This document shows, piece after piece, positions 1 through 7,127 of a stretch of 32,000 bases of DNA (position 1 is its first letter; each line of letters begins with the position of its first letter). Position numbers and translations under genes: made by a program. The notes beneath the pieces were generated by a model, which saw nothing but the letters and a program-made list of their open reading frames with translations, searched no databases and was not told the DNA's origin. Source of the stretch: Tannockella kyphosi (GTDB taxonomy: Bacteria > Bacillota_I > Bacilli_A > Erysipelotrichales > Coprobacillaceae); contig NZ_CP088239.1 of assembly GCF_021054785.1 (NCBI RefSeq), positions 690,001 to 722,000 on the forward strand, given 5' to 3'.

Positions 1-1
1 T

Positions 2-670
2 GAAACTTTAATCAAGACAGCAATTTCAAATGTAAGCACCTATGTTTTAACTGATAAAAAAGAGTTTATAGAGCGAGTAAAACTGTTATCAGATACACAC
101 CATGAAGAACAAACCAAGAGTGATAAAAAGGAACTTGCCACAGCCAAAAAGCGAATTGCAGAACTTGATTTGCTTGTGAAGAAACTCTACGAGGGCAATG
201 CCATTGGCAAGATACCAGATAATCATTTTGAAAGGCTACTTGCTGATTATGATGATGAACACCAAGCCTTAACTAATAGAATTGCAGAGATAGAAACAGT
301 TGTAAATGAAATTGCATCGCAGACAGTAAAAACAGATAAGTTCATTGCACTTGTAAAAAAATACAAAGACTTTGATGAACTCACACCCACAATTCTAAAT
401 GAATTTATAGAAAAAATTATCGTTCATGAAGCTACTGGTGGACGAACAAGATTAAGACAACAACAGATTGATATTTACTTCAACTTTATTGGTAAATTTG
501 AACTTCCACAAGTGGAACTTAGTGAAGAAGAATTGGTCGCACAAGCTAAAGAGCGAGAAAGAATTGTCAAAGATATTGAAACCAATCGACGAGAAGCGAA
601 GGTGCAAAAAGAACGCAAAAAAGCAAAATTATTAGAAGAAGCAAAACAAAAACTTGATAAAGGAGCATAA
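2..670 (+). CDS. large serine recombinase, C-terminal part (5' end outside window)
   Basis: Frame 2 is open from nt 2 (ETLIKTAISNV..), upstream of the track start at 170. The tail aligns by eye with the two complete recombinases here (LYEGNAIGK.., FIEKIIVHE, IDIYFNFIGKFEL), consistent with a coiled-coil plus DUF4368-type C-terminus. Confidence 0.85.
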   Translation, partial: ETLIKTAISNVSTYVLTDKKEFIERVKLLSDTHHEEQTKSDKKELATAKKRIAELDLLVKKLYEGNAIGKIPDNHFERLLADYDDEHQALTNRIAEIETVVNEIASQTVKTDKFIALVKKYKDFDELTPTILNEFIEKIIVHEATGGRTRLRQQQIDIYFNFIGKFELPQVELSEEELVAQAKERERIVKDIETNRREAKVQKERKKAKLLEEAKQKLDKGA

Positions 671-674
671 TCAA

Positions 675-1064
675 ATGGAACAAAGTATATTTGAAAAATT
701 AGGTGGTACTTACATCAAAGTTGGCGATTATTATGTGCCGAATTTAGGACAGTTCAATGAAAATAAAAGCGATACAGATGATAGACCTTTAGGTAAATAT
801 GGTATGCTTTACGAAACATTTTTGAAAGAACATAGAACACCCCTATATCATCATCTATTATTAAATGGCACACTCCACTCACACTTGCGTGATGTCAATG
901 AGCAATCACAATACTTATTAGATACACTACTACCCCAGTACAAAGAAAAGCAAGGTGTAACAGAAGAACTCAAAGCCACCAATCAGCTTGAATGGGTAGG
1001 CAGAGTAAATAATATCATAGCACAGATTGAAGAAATCATTTTTACTGAAATCATCTATCTGTAA
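675..1064 (+). CDS. tnpV: TnpV-family transposon protein
   Basis: ATG at 675 follows an AAAGGAG RBS. The track start at 654 is a TTG inside the recombinase tail. MEQSIFEKLGGTYIKVGDYYVPNL...DDRPLGKYG...LRDVNEQSQ...GVTEELKA matches the TnpV family remembered from Tn4451. A paralog lies at 31437-31823. Confidence 0.8.
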   Translation: MEQSIFEKLGGTYIKVGDYYVPNLGQFNENKSDTDDRPLGKYGMLYETFLKEHRTPLYHHLLLNGTLHSHLRDVNEQSQYLLDTLLPQYKEKQGVTEELKATNQLEWVGRVNNIIAQIEEIIFTEIIYL

Positions 1065-1074
1065 TAACCAATTA

Positions 1075-1109
1075 GAGGTCGAGATCTTAACAGATTACGA
1101 CCTCTTTTT
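1075..1109 (+). terminator. rho-independent terminator after tnpV
   Basis: Stem GAGGTCG (1075-1081) pairs with CGACCTC (1098-1104), followed by TTTTT. Confidence 0.6.
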
Positions 1110-1140
1110 CTATCAAATTTTAATAAAGGAGCTTAAAGAA

Positions 1141-1440
1141 ATGGCAAAAAAATCAGTCATAGAACAAATCAAAGATACCCAAGAAGAAATCAATATTTTA
1201 CAAGTACAGAAGAAACAGCAGGAACATCAATTAGAGAAACACCAAGCGAGGGAGCGAGAGAAAGAACGCAAAGAACGTACTCGCAAAAAGATTGAACGTG
1301 GTGCAATTATAGACAGTATGAACCCACAAATAGCGAGCTTGACTAATCAGCAGTTAAAGGTATTCTTGCAACAAGTATTGCAGAGTGAACGAGCATTACA
1401 TTTGCTTAGTAAAATGACGGAAACCGAAGATGTGGGATAA
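1141..1440 (+). CDS. DUF3847-type small coiled-coil protein (probable relaxase accessory protein)
   Basis: ATG at 1141 after AAAGGAG. The 99 aa product matches the length of copy 11097-11396. It is Lys/Glu/Arg-rich, has an ..RTRKKIERGAII.. core, and lies immediately upstream of oriT and the relaxase. Confidence 0.75.
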   Translation: MAKKSVIEQIKDTQEEINILQVQKKQQEHQLEKHQAREREKERKERTRKKIERGAIIDSMNPQIASLTNQQLKVFLQQVLQSERALHLLSKMTETEDVG

Positions 1441-1590
1441 CTCCCTTGGTTACAAGGGCGCACTTATACACCATTTACAATGGTGCGTGCGTTCTGCGAA
1501 GCAATGGGGAGCTACTCTCCCCAAACCCCTAGTGTACTTTACGAAACCGACTACACCTTGCGAGGTGTAGTCATTTTCATAAAGTCTGAT
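1441..1590 (-). other. MobQ-type origin of transfer (oriT), nick strand is the minus strand
   Basis: The minus strand reads CACCATTGTAAATGGTG-TA-TAAGTGCGCCCT-TG. That is a 7-bp inverted repeat followed by the 12-mer TAAGTGCGCCCT, identical to the RSF1010/R1162 nic region as I recall it. Three further hairpins follow at 1443-1458, 1507-1521 and 1549-1572. Confidence 0.7.
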
Positions 1591-1609
1591 AAATCGAAAG
1601 GAGCAACTT

Positions 1610-3067
1610 ATGGCTATTTATCATTGTGCAATCAAAGTGATTAGTAGAGGAAAAGGCAAGTCTGCTGTTGCTTCATCTGCATATCGTAGTGGCACTAAAA
1701 TAACCAATGAATATGATGGAGAAACGCATGACTACACACAAAAAGGTGGTATCTATTCTAGTTGTATTTTACTACCCTCTCATGCCCCTAAAGAGTATGC
1801 AGACCGTAGCACTTTATGGAACGCAGTAGAGAAAATTGAAAAGGCAAAAAACAGTCAACTGGCAAGAGAAATTGAAGTATCAATACCGAAAGAAATCCCC
1901 TCACATCTATGGCAAAAAATGATGATTGATTATTGCAATGCAAACTTTGTTTCAAAGGGTATGATTGCTGATTTGTCTATTCATAATAAAGACCCTAGCA
2001 ACCCTCATTGCCATATCATGTTGACTATGCGACCTATAGAACAAGATGGAAAATGGGGAGCAAAATCACGCAAGATTTATGACCTTGACGAGAACGGACA
2101 GCGAATAAAACTTGCAAGTGGTAACTGGAAATCCCACAAACAAGACACTACGGATTGGAACGAACAAACCAATGCAGAACTTTGGAGAGCAAACTGGAGT
2201 GAACATTGCAATCTCTACCTTGAACAATTAGGATACAGAGAACGTATCGACCACCGAAGTTATGAAAGACAAGGTGTTGACCAAATCCCATCTATCCATC
2301 TAGGAGTACAGGCAAGCCAAATGGAGCAAAAAGGAATTGTTACTGAAAGAGGAAATATCAACCGACAAATTGCAGAGGATAACAAGGAAAGTAAGATAAT
2401 TAGGGCGAGAATTTCAAGGCTTATGAAGTGGCAACGAGAATTAAAAGCCAAGCCTTTAGACCTTGAAAAAGCAAACGTAAGAGCTTCTGTTATGGATAAA
2501 TTACAAGCCAATAATGTTGTGGTAAAAAATCAATATCAAATCCTTAAAGACCTTAAATCCAATGTGAGTGTATGGAACTTTATGCAGACACATAATATTC
2601 AAACAATGCAAGATTTTGCAAGTAAAATCAGCGAGCTAAACTCTAGCTTTTATGCCATCAAACGAGAGCAGGCAGGCATTAAAAAGAAGATAGAAAGCCT
2701 TGATAAACGATTAGAACTTTGGAGTGAATATCAAAAGTTAAGTCCTACTATAAAGCAGAACAATTCCCTAAAAGGCAAGGAAAAAGAACAGTTTTATAGC
2801 AAGCATAAAACAGAAATTGAACGTGTGCAAGAAATCGCAAATTTATTACAGAAATATGCAAATGCTAAAGGGAAAATTAGTGTATCGGATTGGAGAAAGG
2901 AACACAGTTCTTTTATGCAAGATATTTCATTGTGCGAGTGGAAATTGAAAGCATTAAAACAAGAAATCGGTAATGCCGAAAAGGTACAAAAGATACTGGA
3001 AGAAGAAAGAACTGGTGCAGATATTCCAAAGCCAACTAAAGAGCGAGTGACGGAAACATCATTGTAG
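1610..3067 (+). CDS. MobQ-family (MobA/MobL) relaxase
   Basis: N-terminus MAIYHCAIKVISRGKGKSAVASSAYRSG places a Tyr at position 25, as in RSF1010 MobA. The histidine-triad motif HNKDPSNPHCHIM is present. The RBS is AAAGGAG. Confidence 0.9.
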   Translation: MAIYHCAIKVISRGKGKSAVASSAYRSGTKITNEYDGETHDYTQKGGIYSSCILLPSHAPKEYADRSTLWNAVEKIEKAKNSQLAREIEVSIPKEIPSHLWQKMMIDYCNANFVSKGMIADLSIHNKDPSNPHCHIMLTMRPIEQDGKWGAKSRKIYDLDENGQRIKLASGNWKSHKQDTTDWNEQTNAELWRANWSEHCNLYLEQLGYRERIDHRSYERQGVDQIPSIHLGVQASQMEQKGIVTERGNINRQIAEDNKESKIIRARISRLMKWQRELKAKPLDLEKANVRASVMDKLQANNVVVKNQYQILKDLKSNVSVWNFMQTHNIQTMQDFASKISELNSSFYAIKREQAGIKKKIESLDKRLELWSEYQKLSPTIKQNNSLKGKEKEQFYSKHKTEIERVQEIANLLQKYANAKGKISVSDWRKEHSSFMQDISLCEWKLKALKQEIGNAEKVQKILEEERTGADIPKPTKERVTETSL

Positions 3068-3096
3068 AAGGTGACAGTTTTTGGGTGTTTTATCAA

Positions 3097-3126
3097 TAGA
3101 CTTTTTGTGCAACGATATGATATAAT
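3097..3126 (+). promoter_or_regulatory. sigma-A-type promoter with extended -10, reading into the cargo
   Basis: TAGACT is followed by an 18 nt spacer whose last three nt are TGA (giving TGnTATAAT), then TATAAT (3121-3126). The same promoter is conserved at 13053-13082. Homology between elements A and B ends exactly at the -10 box. Confidence 0.45.
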
Positions 3127-3180
3127 GATTGAAACAAAGCCACATCGTGAAGATGTGAGATTATTTATATACCCTTTAGT

Positions 3181-3213
3181 ATAGCTGTTTGCTTTTAGCA
3201 TACAGCTATTTTT
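3181..3213 (+). terminator. hairpin plus T-tract in the leader of the ECF operon (terminator or attenuator)
   Basis: ATAGCTGT (3181-3188) pairs with ACAGCTAT (3202-3209), followed by TTTT. An upstream hairpin is CACATC/GATGTG at 3141-3157. Confidence 0.4.
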
Positions 3214-3281
3214 AAAATATTCAAAAATACTTGTAACAAAACCTAATTAAGTGTCACTCATTATATGAAAGGAGGTAAAAG

Positions 3282-3782
3282 ATGAAAATTGATTCTATAT
3301 ATGAACGATATAAAAAAGATGTATACTATTTTTTATATCATTTGTCACACAACAAAGATATTTCAGAAGATTTAACTTCAGAAGTGTTTTTGCAGGCAAT
3401 TAAATCTTTACCCACTTTCAAGGGTGATTCTACTATCAAGACATGGTTATTTGGTATTGCAAGGCTTAAATGGTTTGAATTTGTCAGAAAAGAACAACGA
3501 ATAAAAAGTCTAAATGAAAAATTAGCCTTTTATATAAATGAGATTGATTTTTTCTGTGAAGATACTATTTCAGATAAACAAACAATAGATAGAATATTGG
3601 AATTACTTAACATAGAAACAGAAAAATCAAGGCGAGTTGTTTTGATGCGTGTTGAAGGATTTTCCTTTTATGAAATTGCAAATGAACTTTCTGTTTCGGA
3701 AAATTCAGCAAGAGTTATTGATTTTAGGACGAAGAAAAAAATAAAGCATATTTTGACGAAGGAGGGTTATATCGATGAATAA
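3282..3782 (+). CDS. ECF-type sigma-70 family RNA polymerase sigma factor
   Basis: 166 aa. Region 2-like segment is DLTSEVFLQAIKSLPTFKGDSTIKTWLFGIARLKW. Region 4 HTH is RRVVLMRVEGFSFYEIANELSVSENSARV. The RBS is AAAGGAGG. Confidence 0.85.
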   Translation: MKIDSIYERYKKDVYYFLYHLSHNKDISEDLTSEVFLQAIKSLPTFKGDSTIKTWLFGIARLKWFEFVRKEQRIKSLNEKLAFYINEIDFFCEDTISDKQTIDRILELLNIETEKSRRVVLMRVEGFSFYEIANELSVSENSARVIDFRTKKKIKHILTKEGYIDE

Positions 3783-4317
3783 AATTTCGTGTGATATTTG
3801 CATGGATTTAATGCCACTTGTTAAAGATGAAGTTGCAAGTGATGACAGCAAAAAAGTAGTATATGAACATATGAAGTTTTGCGAAGACTGTAAAAACGTA
3901 TACGGTGTAGAAGTGGTTTTTGAAGATAGTGACAAGAAAATCTTAAAAGATATCAAGAAAAATTTAACACATATATGTCTTATAATAATAGGACTAGGTA
4001 TGCTTTTTGGAATTAGTTTATCAGCAAACCAATTTATGTTTTACAACATCTTGATTATGCCAGCAATTGGTGGAATTAGTTATTTTTCACTTAAAAAGAA
4101 ATCGATTTATGTGTGTACGGCAGTATTTATTACAGTATATTTAAGATGGTTATATGATAGTTTTGGTTATGCCTTAAATGGAAACCTTGTGCAAGCGTTC
4201 ATACCGCCATTATGGTGGGCATTAATATACACTGGATTAACTTTGTTCGGTATTTTAGTAGCAATGTTACTGCATTTTGGATTTAAGAAGGAGAAAAAAG
4301 ATGAAAAAGATAACTGA
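3775..4317 (+). CDS. putative anti-sigma factor (zf-HC2-like N-terminus, about 4 TM helices)
   Basis: The start overlaps the sigma gene stop. N-terminal Cys pairs are CDIC...CEDC, followed by hydrophobic helices. This is the classic position downstream of an ECF sigma gene. Confidence 0.6.
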   Translation: MNKISCDICMDLMPLVKDEVASDDSKKVVYEHMKFCEDCKNVYGVEVVFEDSDKKILKDIKKNLTHICLIIIGLGMLFGISLSANQFMFYNILIMPAIGGISYFSLKKKSIYVCTAVFITVYLRWLYDSFGYALNGNLVQAFIPPLWWALIYTGLTLFGILVAMLLHFGFKKEKKDEKDN

Positions 4318-5107
4318 AATTATTGCAATTGTTGTTGCAGTTTTACTAATATTAGGACTATTATTTGTGGCAAATGGTTTTGTTGGAAATCCAGTTTCGA
4401 AATATTTAGTCGACAGAAATTCTGTAAGATATATAGAAGCACAGTATTCAGACTTAGACCTTGTAAAAGAAATCGGATTTGATTTTAAAAGCACCAGATA
4501 TTATGTAAAACTAAAAAGCGAAACAATAGAAGATTTACATTTTACACTGTACTATGGTATGAACGGCAAACTTGGTAGAGATTTATATGAAAACAACATT
4601 ACAAATGGCTGGAATGTTTTACACCGATTAAATGAAGATTATAGAGATGAAACAGATCTTATCTTTGAGCAACTTGAAACTAATCCACTATTCAAAGAAA
4701 CTGACAGTTTTTATACATCAGCTTATTTAATGAGCAGCATCGAAATTGAGGATAGATTAGTGGGTTTTGAAGATGTATCGGGTGGAATTGATGGTACTAC
4801 ACTTGAACTTGATAAAGATTATGATATAGCACAGATGGGAGCGATAGGTGGCTTAATTGACATAGACCTTAGATTTACTGACGGTGACGAAAGTTTTGAA
4901 AAAGGTGCAGAGGTTATAAGAGAGTTGAAACGTATTTTTGATGAAGCTGGTATAGGCTTTTATTATATAAGTTTTGGAATGATTAATGCCGAAGGCAATC
5001 TTGCATATAGAGTAGATTACTTGCCATATTCACAAATTGATGATGAAAATTTAGCTGATATACTTAAAACAATGGACGAAACAAACCCAATAGATTATGA
5101 TAAATAA
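4301..5107 (+). CDS. membrane-anchored protein of unknown function (N-terminal TM, acidic ~240 aa extracytoplasmic domain)
   Basis: ATG at 4301 after AAGGAG (the track start at 4277 has no RBS). MKKITEIIAIVVAVLLILGLLFVANG is a signal-anchor. The gene overlaps the anti-sigma gene by 17 nt, suggesting translational coupling. Confidence 0.6.
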   Translation: MKKITEIIAIVVAVLLILGLLFVANGFVGNPVSKYLVDRNSVRYIEAQYSDLDLVKEIGFDFKSTRYYVKLKSETIEDLHFTLYYGMNGKLGRDLYENNITNGWNVLHRLNEDYRDETDLIFEQLETNPLFKETDSFYTSAYLMSSIEIEDRLVGFEDVSGGIDGTTLELDKDYDIAQMGAIGGLIDIDLRFTDGDESFEKGAEVIRELKRIFDEAGIGFYYISFGMINAEGNLAYRVDYLPYSQIDDENLADILKTMDETNPIDYDK

Positions 5108-5165
5108 AATGAGCATTTTGTTCAAGGGTAAGTAACAACAAATGATATAGGAGGTGAGCTACTAG

Positions 5166-5330
5166 GTGCAAGATAAGAAGTGGCTTTTATGTCCTATGTG
5201 CCAAAACAAAACAAGGATACAACTTCGAGAAGATACGGAACTCAAAAACTTCCCACTATTCTGTCCGAAGTGTAAGCAAGAAACTTTAATTGATGTACTA
5301 AAGTACAAGATTATCGCAAAAATTAAATAG
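5166..5330 (+). CDS. cysteine-rich KTR zinc-ribbon protein (54 aa, not in ORF track)
   Basis: GTG at 5166 lies 9 nt after GGAGGTG. The product is VQDKKWLLCPMCQNKTRIQLREDTELKNFPLFCPKCKQETLIDVLKYKIIAKIK, carrying CPxC..KTR...CPKC. Confidence 0.6.
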   Translation: MQDKKWLLCPMCQNKTRIQLREDTELKNFPLFCPKCKQETLIDVLKYKIIAKIK

Positions 5331-5337
5331 GCATTAA

Positions 5338-5370
5338 AAGACGGATCATATACATGGTTCGTCTTTTTTT
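5338..5370 (+). terminator. rho-independent terminator
   Basis: Stem 5338-5347 (AAGACGGATC) pairs with 5356-5365 (GGTTCGTCTT, with wobbles), followed by T7. A homologous hairpin lies at 16772-16800 in element B. Confidence 0.55.
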
Positions 5371-5394
5371 ATGCCCAAATGAAAGGAGAAAGTT

Positions 5395-6348
5395 ATGCTG
5401 AAGAACTACAAAAGTTTTGATTTATTAGAAGAATATTTAAGCTATCTCACTGTTATTAAAGGTCGCTCAATCAATACGGTTATAGAGTATCGCACAGATG
5501 TGTTGATGTTCTTTGAGTTTCTTTGTAACAAGCGAAATATTGTGCGAGAAAAGTATGATTTAAGCATGATAGATAGTGCATTTATAGGGAGTGTTACTCT
5601 CAATGATATGTATGCGTTTATCTCTCATTGCCAAACAGAAAACAAGGCGAGTGCAGGCACTAGGGCAAGAAAAATTGTATCTATCCGTCAGTTTTGGAAG
5701 TATCTAAAAAACAAGGCTCGTGTCATTGATAATAATGTCGCAGAGGACTTAGAAACACCTAAAATTCCTAAACGTATACCAAAATATTTAACTCTTGAAG
5801 AAAGTGTAAGGTTGCTCATTGCCAGTGAATTTTCTGCAAGAAATCATTGTATCATCACGATATTTCTTAATTGTGCATTAAGGCTATCAGAACTAACAAG
5901 CCTTGATGTTGGGCAAGTATCATCAGACACTTTGCAAGTTATCGGCAAGGGAAATAAAGAACGCAAGATATTTCTAACCAGTGCTACCAAAAAGGCTCTT
6001 GAAAATTGGTTAAAAGAGCGAGAACAAATACCTACTTCCACTACTGCACTATTTATCACTAAGCAAGGAAATAGAATGACAGGGCGAAGTGTTCAAGATG
6101 TTGTTAAAAGGTGCATTAAACTTGCAAATTTAGAACACAAAAATATATCCGTACACAAATTAAGACACACAGCAGCCACCTTGATGTATCAGTATGGCAA
6201 GGTAGATATTCGCTCACTACAACAGATTTTAGGACACGAAAGTATCGCCACTACTGAAATCTATACGCATATTGACGAGAGCCAATTAAGAACTGCTGTA
6301 AACTCTAATCCTCTATCAGGAATGTATGGCAATGTGATGAAAGGATAA
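5395..6348 (+). CDS. XerC/XerD-like tyrosine recombinase
   Basis: SAM-like N-domain (YLTVIKGRSINTVIEYRTDV). Catalytic signature is ALRLSEL ... HKLRHTAAT ... LGHESIATTEIYTH. Confidence 0.85.
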   Translation: MLKNYKSFDLLEEYLSYLTVIKGRSINTVIEYRTDVLMFFEFLCNKRNIVREKYDLSMIDSAFIGSVTLNDMYAFISHCQTENKASAGTRARKIVSIRQFWKYLKNKARVIDNNVAEDLETPKIPKRIPKYLTLEESVRLLIASEFSARNHCIITIFLNCALRLSELTSLDVGQVSSDTLQVIGKGNKERKIFLTSATKKALENWLKEREQIPTSTTALFITKQGNRMTGRSVQDVVKRCIKLANLEHKNISVHKLRHTAATLMYQYGKVDIRSLQQILGHESIATTEIYTHIDESQLRTAVNSNPLSGMYGNVMKG

Positions 6349-6353
6349 TACCA

Positions 6354-7109
6354 ATGGCAGACAATAGAAAATATTACTACCTCAAGCTAAAAGAAAGTTA
6401 TTTTGATGATGATAGTATTATCTTGCTTGAGAGTATGCAAGATGGAATACTCTATTCATATATCCTCTTGAAACTGTATTTAAAGTCGCTTAAACACGAT
6501 GGCAAGCTACAACTAGATGAACATATCCCCTACAATGCTCAAATGATAGCAACGATTACAAGACAACAAGTAGGCACTATCGAACGAGCATTGCAGATAT
6601 ATGAGAAATTAGGACTTGTGGAAATTCTTGAAGATAGCACAGTTTACATGAGTAACATCGAGCTTTTTATTGGAAAATCTTCCACAGAGGGAGAACGAAA
6701 AAGACGTGCTAGAAACGGAAATATTAAGCAAAAACAGTTAGGTGGACAAATGTCCACCCCTATCTTGGACATTTGTCCACCAGAGATAGAGAGAGAGAAA
6801 GAGATAGAGATAGAGATAGAGAGAGAGTTAGAAAAGGGACATCACACACAGTTTTATGGAAAATATCAAAATATTTCATTAACAGATGAAGAACTGGAGC
6901 AATTAAAACAAGAACTACCCTCACTCTTTGAAAGCTATATTGAAAAATTAAGCGAATATATGGCAAGCACTGGTAAGACCTACAATAGCCATGTAGCCAC
7001 TATACGCAGATGGGCAAAGGAAGATGTATCTAAGAATACAAAAGGCTCACAGCGAGCTAATAAGGGCGAAGTACGCAATTATGACTACAAGGGTAATAAC
7101 AGCCTGTAA
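6354..7109 (+). CDS. phage replisome-organizer / DnaD-like replication initiator
   Basis: MADNRKYYYLKLKESYFDDDSIILLE...YSYILLKLYLKS matches the replisome organizer N-domain as I remember it. The C-terminal ..HVATIRRWAKED resembles DnaD-like tails. A paralog lies at 16830-17576. Confidence 0.75.
   Translation: MADNRKYYYLKLKESYFDDDSIILLESMQDGILYSYILLKLYLKSLKHDGKLQLDEHIPYNAQMIATITRQQVGTIERALQIYEKLGLVEILEDSTVYMSNIELFIGKSSTEGERKRRARNGNIKQKQLGGQMSTPILDICPPEIEREKEIEIEIERELEKGHHTQFYGKYQNISLTDEELEQLKQELPSLFESYIEKLSEYMASTGKTYNSHVATIRRWAKEDVSKNTKGSQRANKGEVRNYDYKGNNSL
6741..6836. repeat. palindromic repeats plus GAGA/GATA-rich tract inside the initiator gene (candidate ori)
   Basis: GGTGGACAAATGTCCACC (6741-6758) is a perfect palindrome. 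After an 8 nt gap comes GGACATTTGTCCACC (6767-6781), then about 55 nt of (GAGA/GATA)n encoding EIEREKEIEIEIERELEK. Confidence 0.4.
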
Positions 7110-7127
7110 ACGAAAGGAATATTGAAC

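Larger units (their letters stand above)
1068..3126 (+). repeat. 2.06 kb direct repeat, copy 1 (terminator, DUF3847, oriT, relaxase, promoter)
   Basis: Colinear with 11025-13082 at a constant offset of 9956 nt, with no indels seen. The relaxases differ at 18 of 485 residues by eye. DUF3847 differs at 1 of 99. Confidence 0.9.

Noticed and set aside
654-1140. Track starts at 654 (TnpV) and 1027 (DUF3847)
   Set aside because: Both are upstream non-ATG or unsupported starts. The paralogs begin at the internal ATGs (675, 1141), which have good RBSs, and 1027 would read through a terminator hairpin.
2260-3201. Antisense ORFs inside the relaxase genes (2260-2511, 2794-3201, 11651-11860, 12216-12467, 12750-13052)
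   Set aside because: They lie opposite a strongly supported, motif-bearing relaxase ORF. They have no RBS and show a Ser/Leu/Cys-rich composition typical of antisense frames in AT-rich DNA.
3232-3255. TGTAAC ... GTC as an autoregulated ECF-type promoter upstream of the sigma gene
   Set aside because: It resembles SigX/SigW-like -35 boxes, but the spacing to any CGTx/GTC -10 does not fit cleanly. This is not supportable from sequence alone.
6782-6836. GA-rich short repeats as a possible CRISPR or microsatellite locus
   Set aside because: There is no repeat-spacer organisation. The tract is in frame within a conserved ORF and encodes an E/I/R/K-rich linker. It is kept only as part of the candidate ori.
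6760-6966. Minus-strand ORFs with SLSLSLSL repeats (6760-6966, 17236-17523)
   Set aside because: They are the reverse-frame shadow of the GAGA/GATA tract inside the initiator gene.
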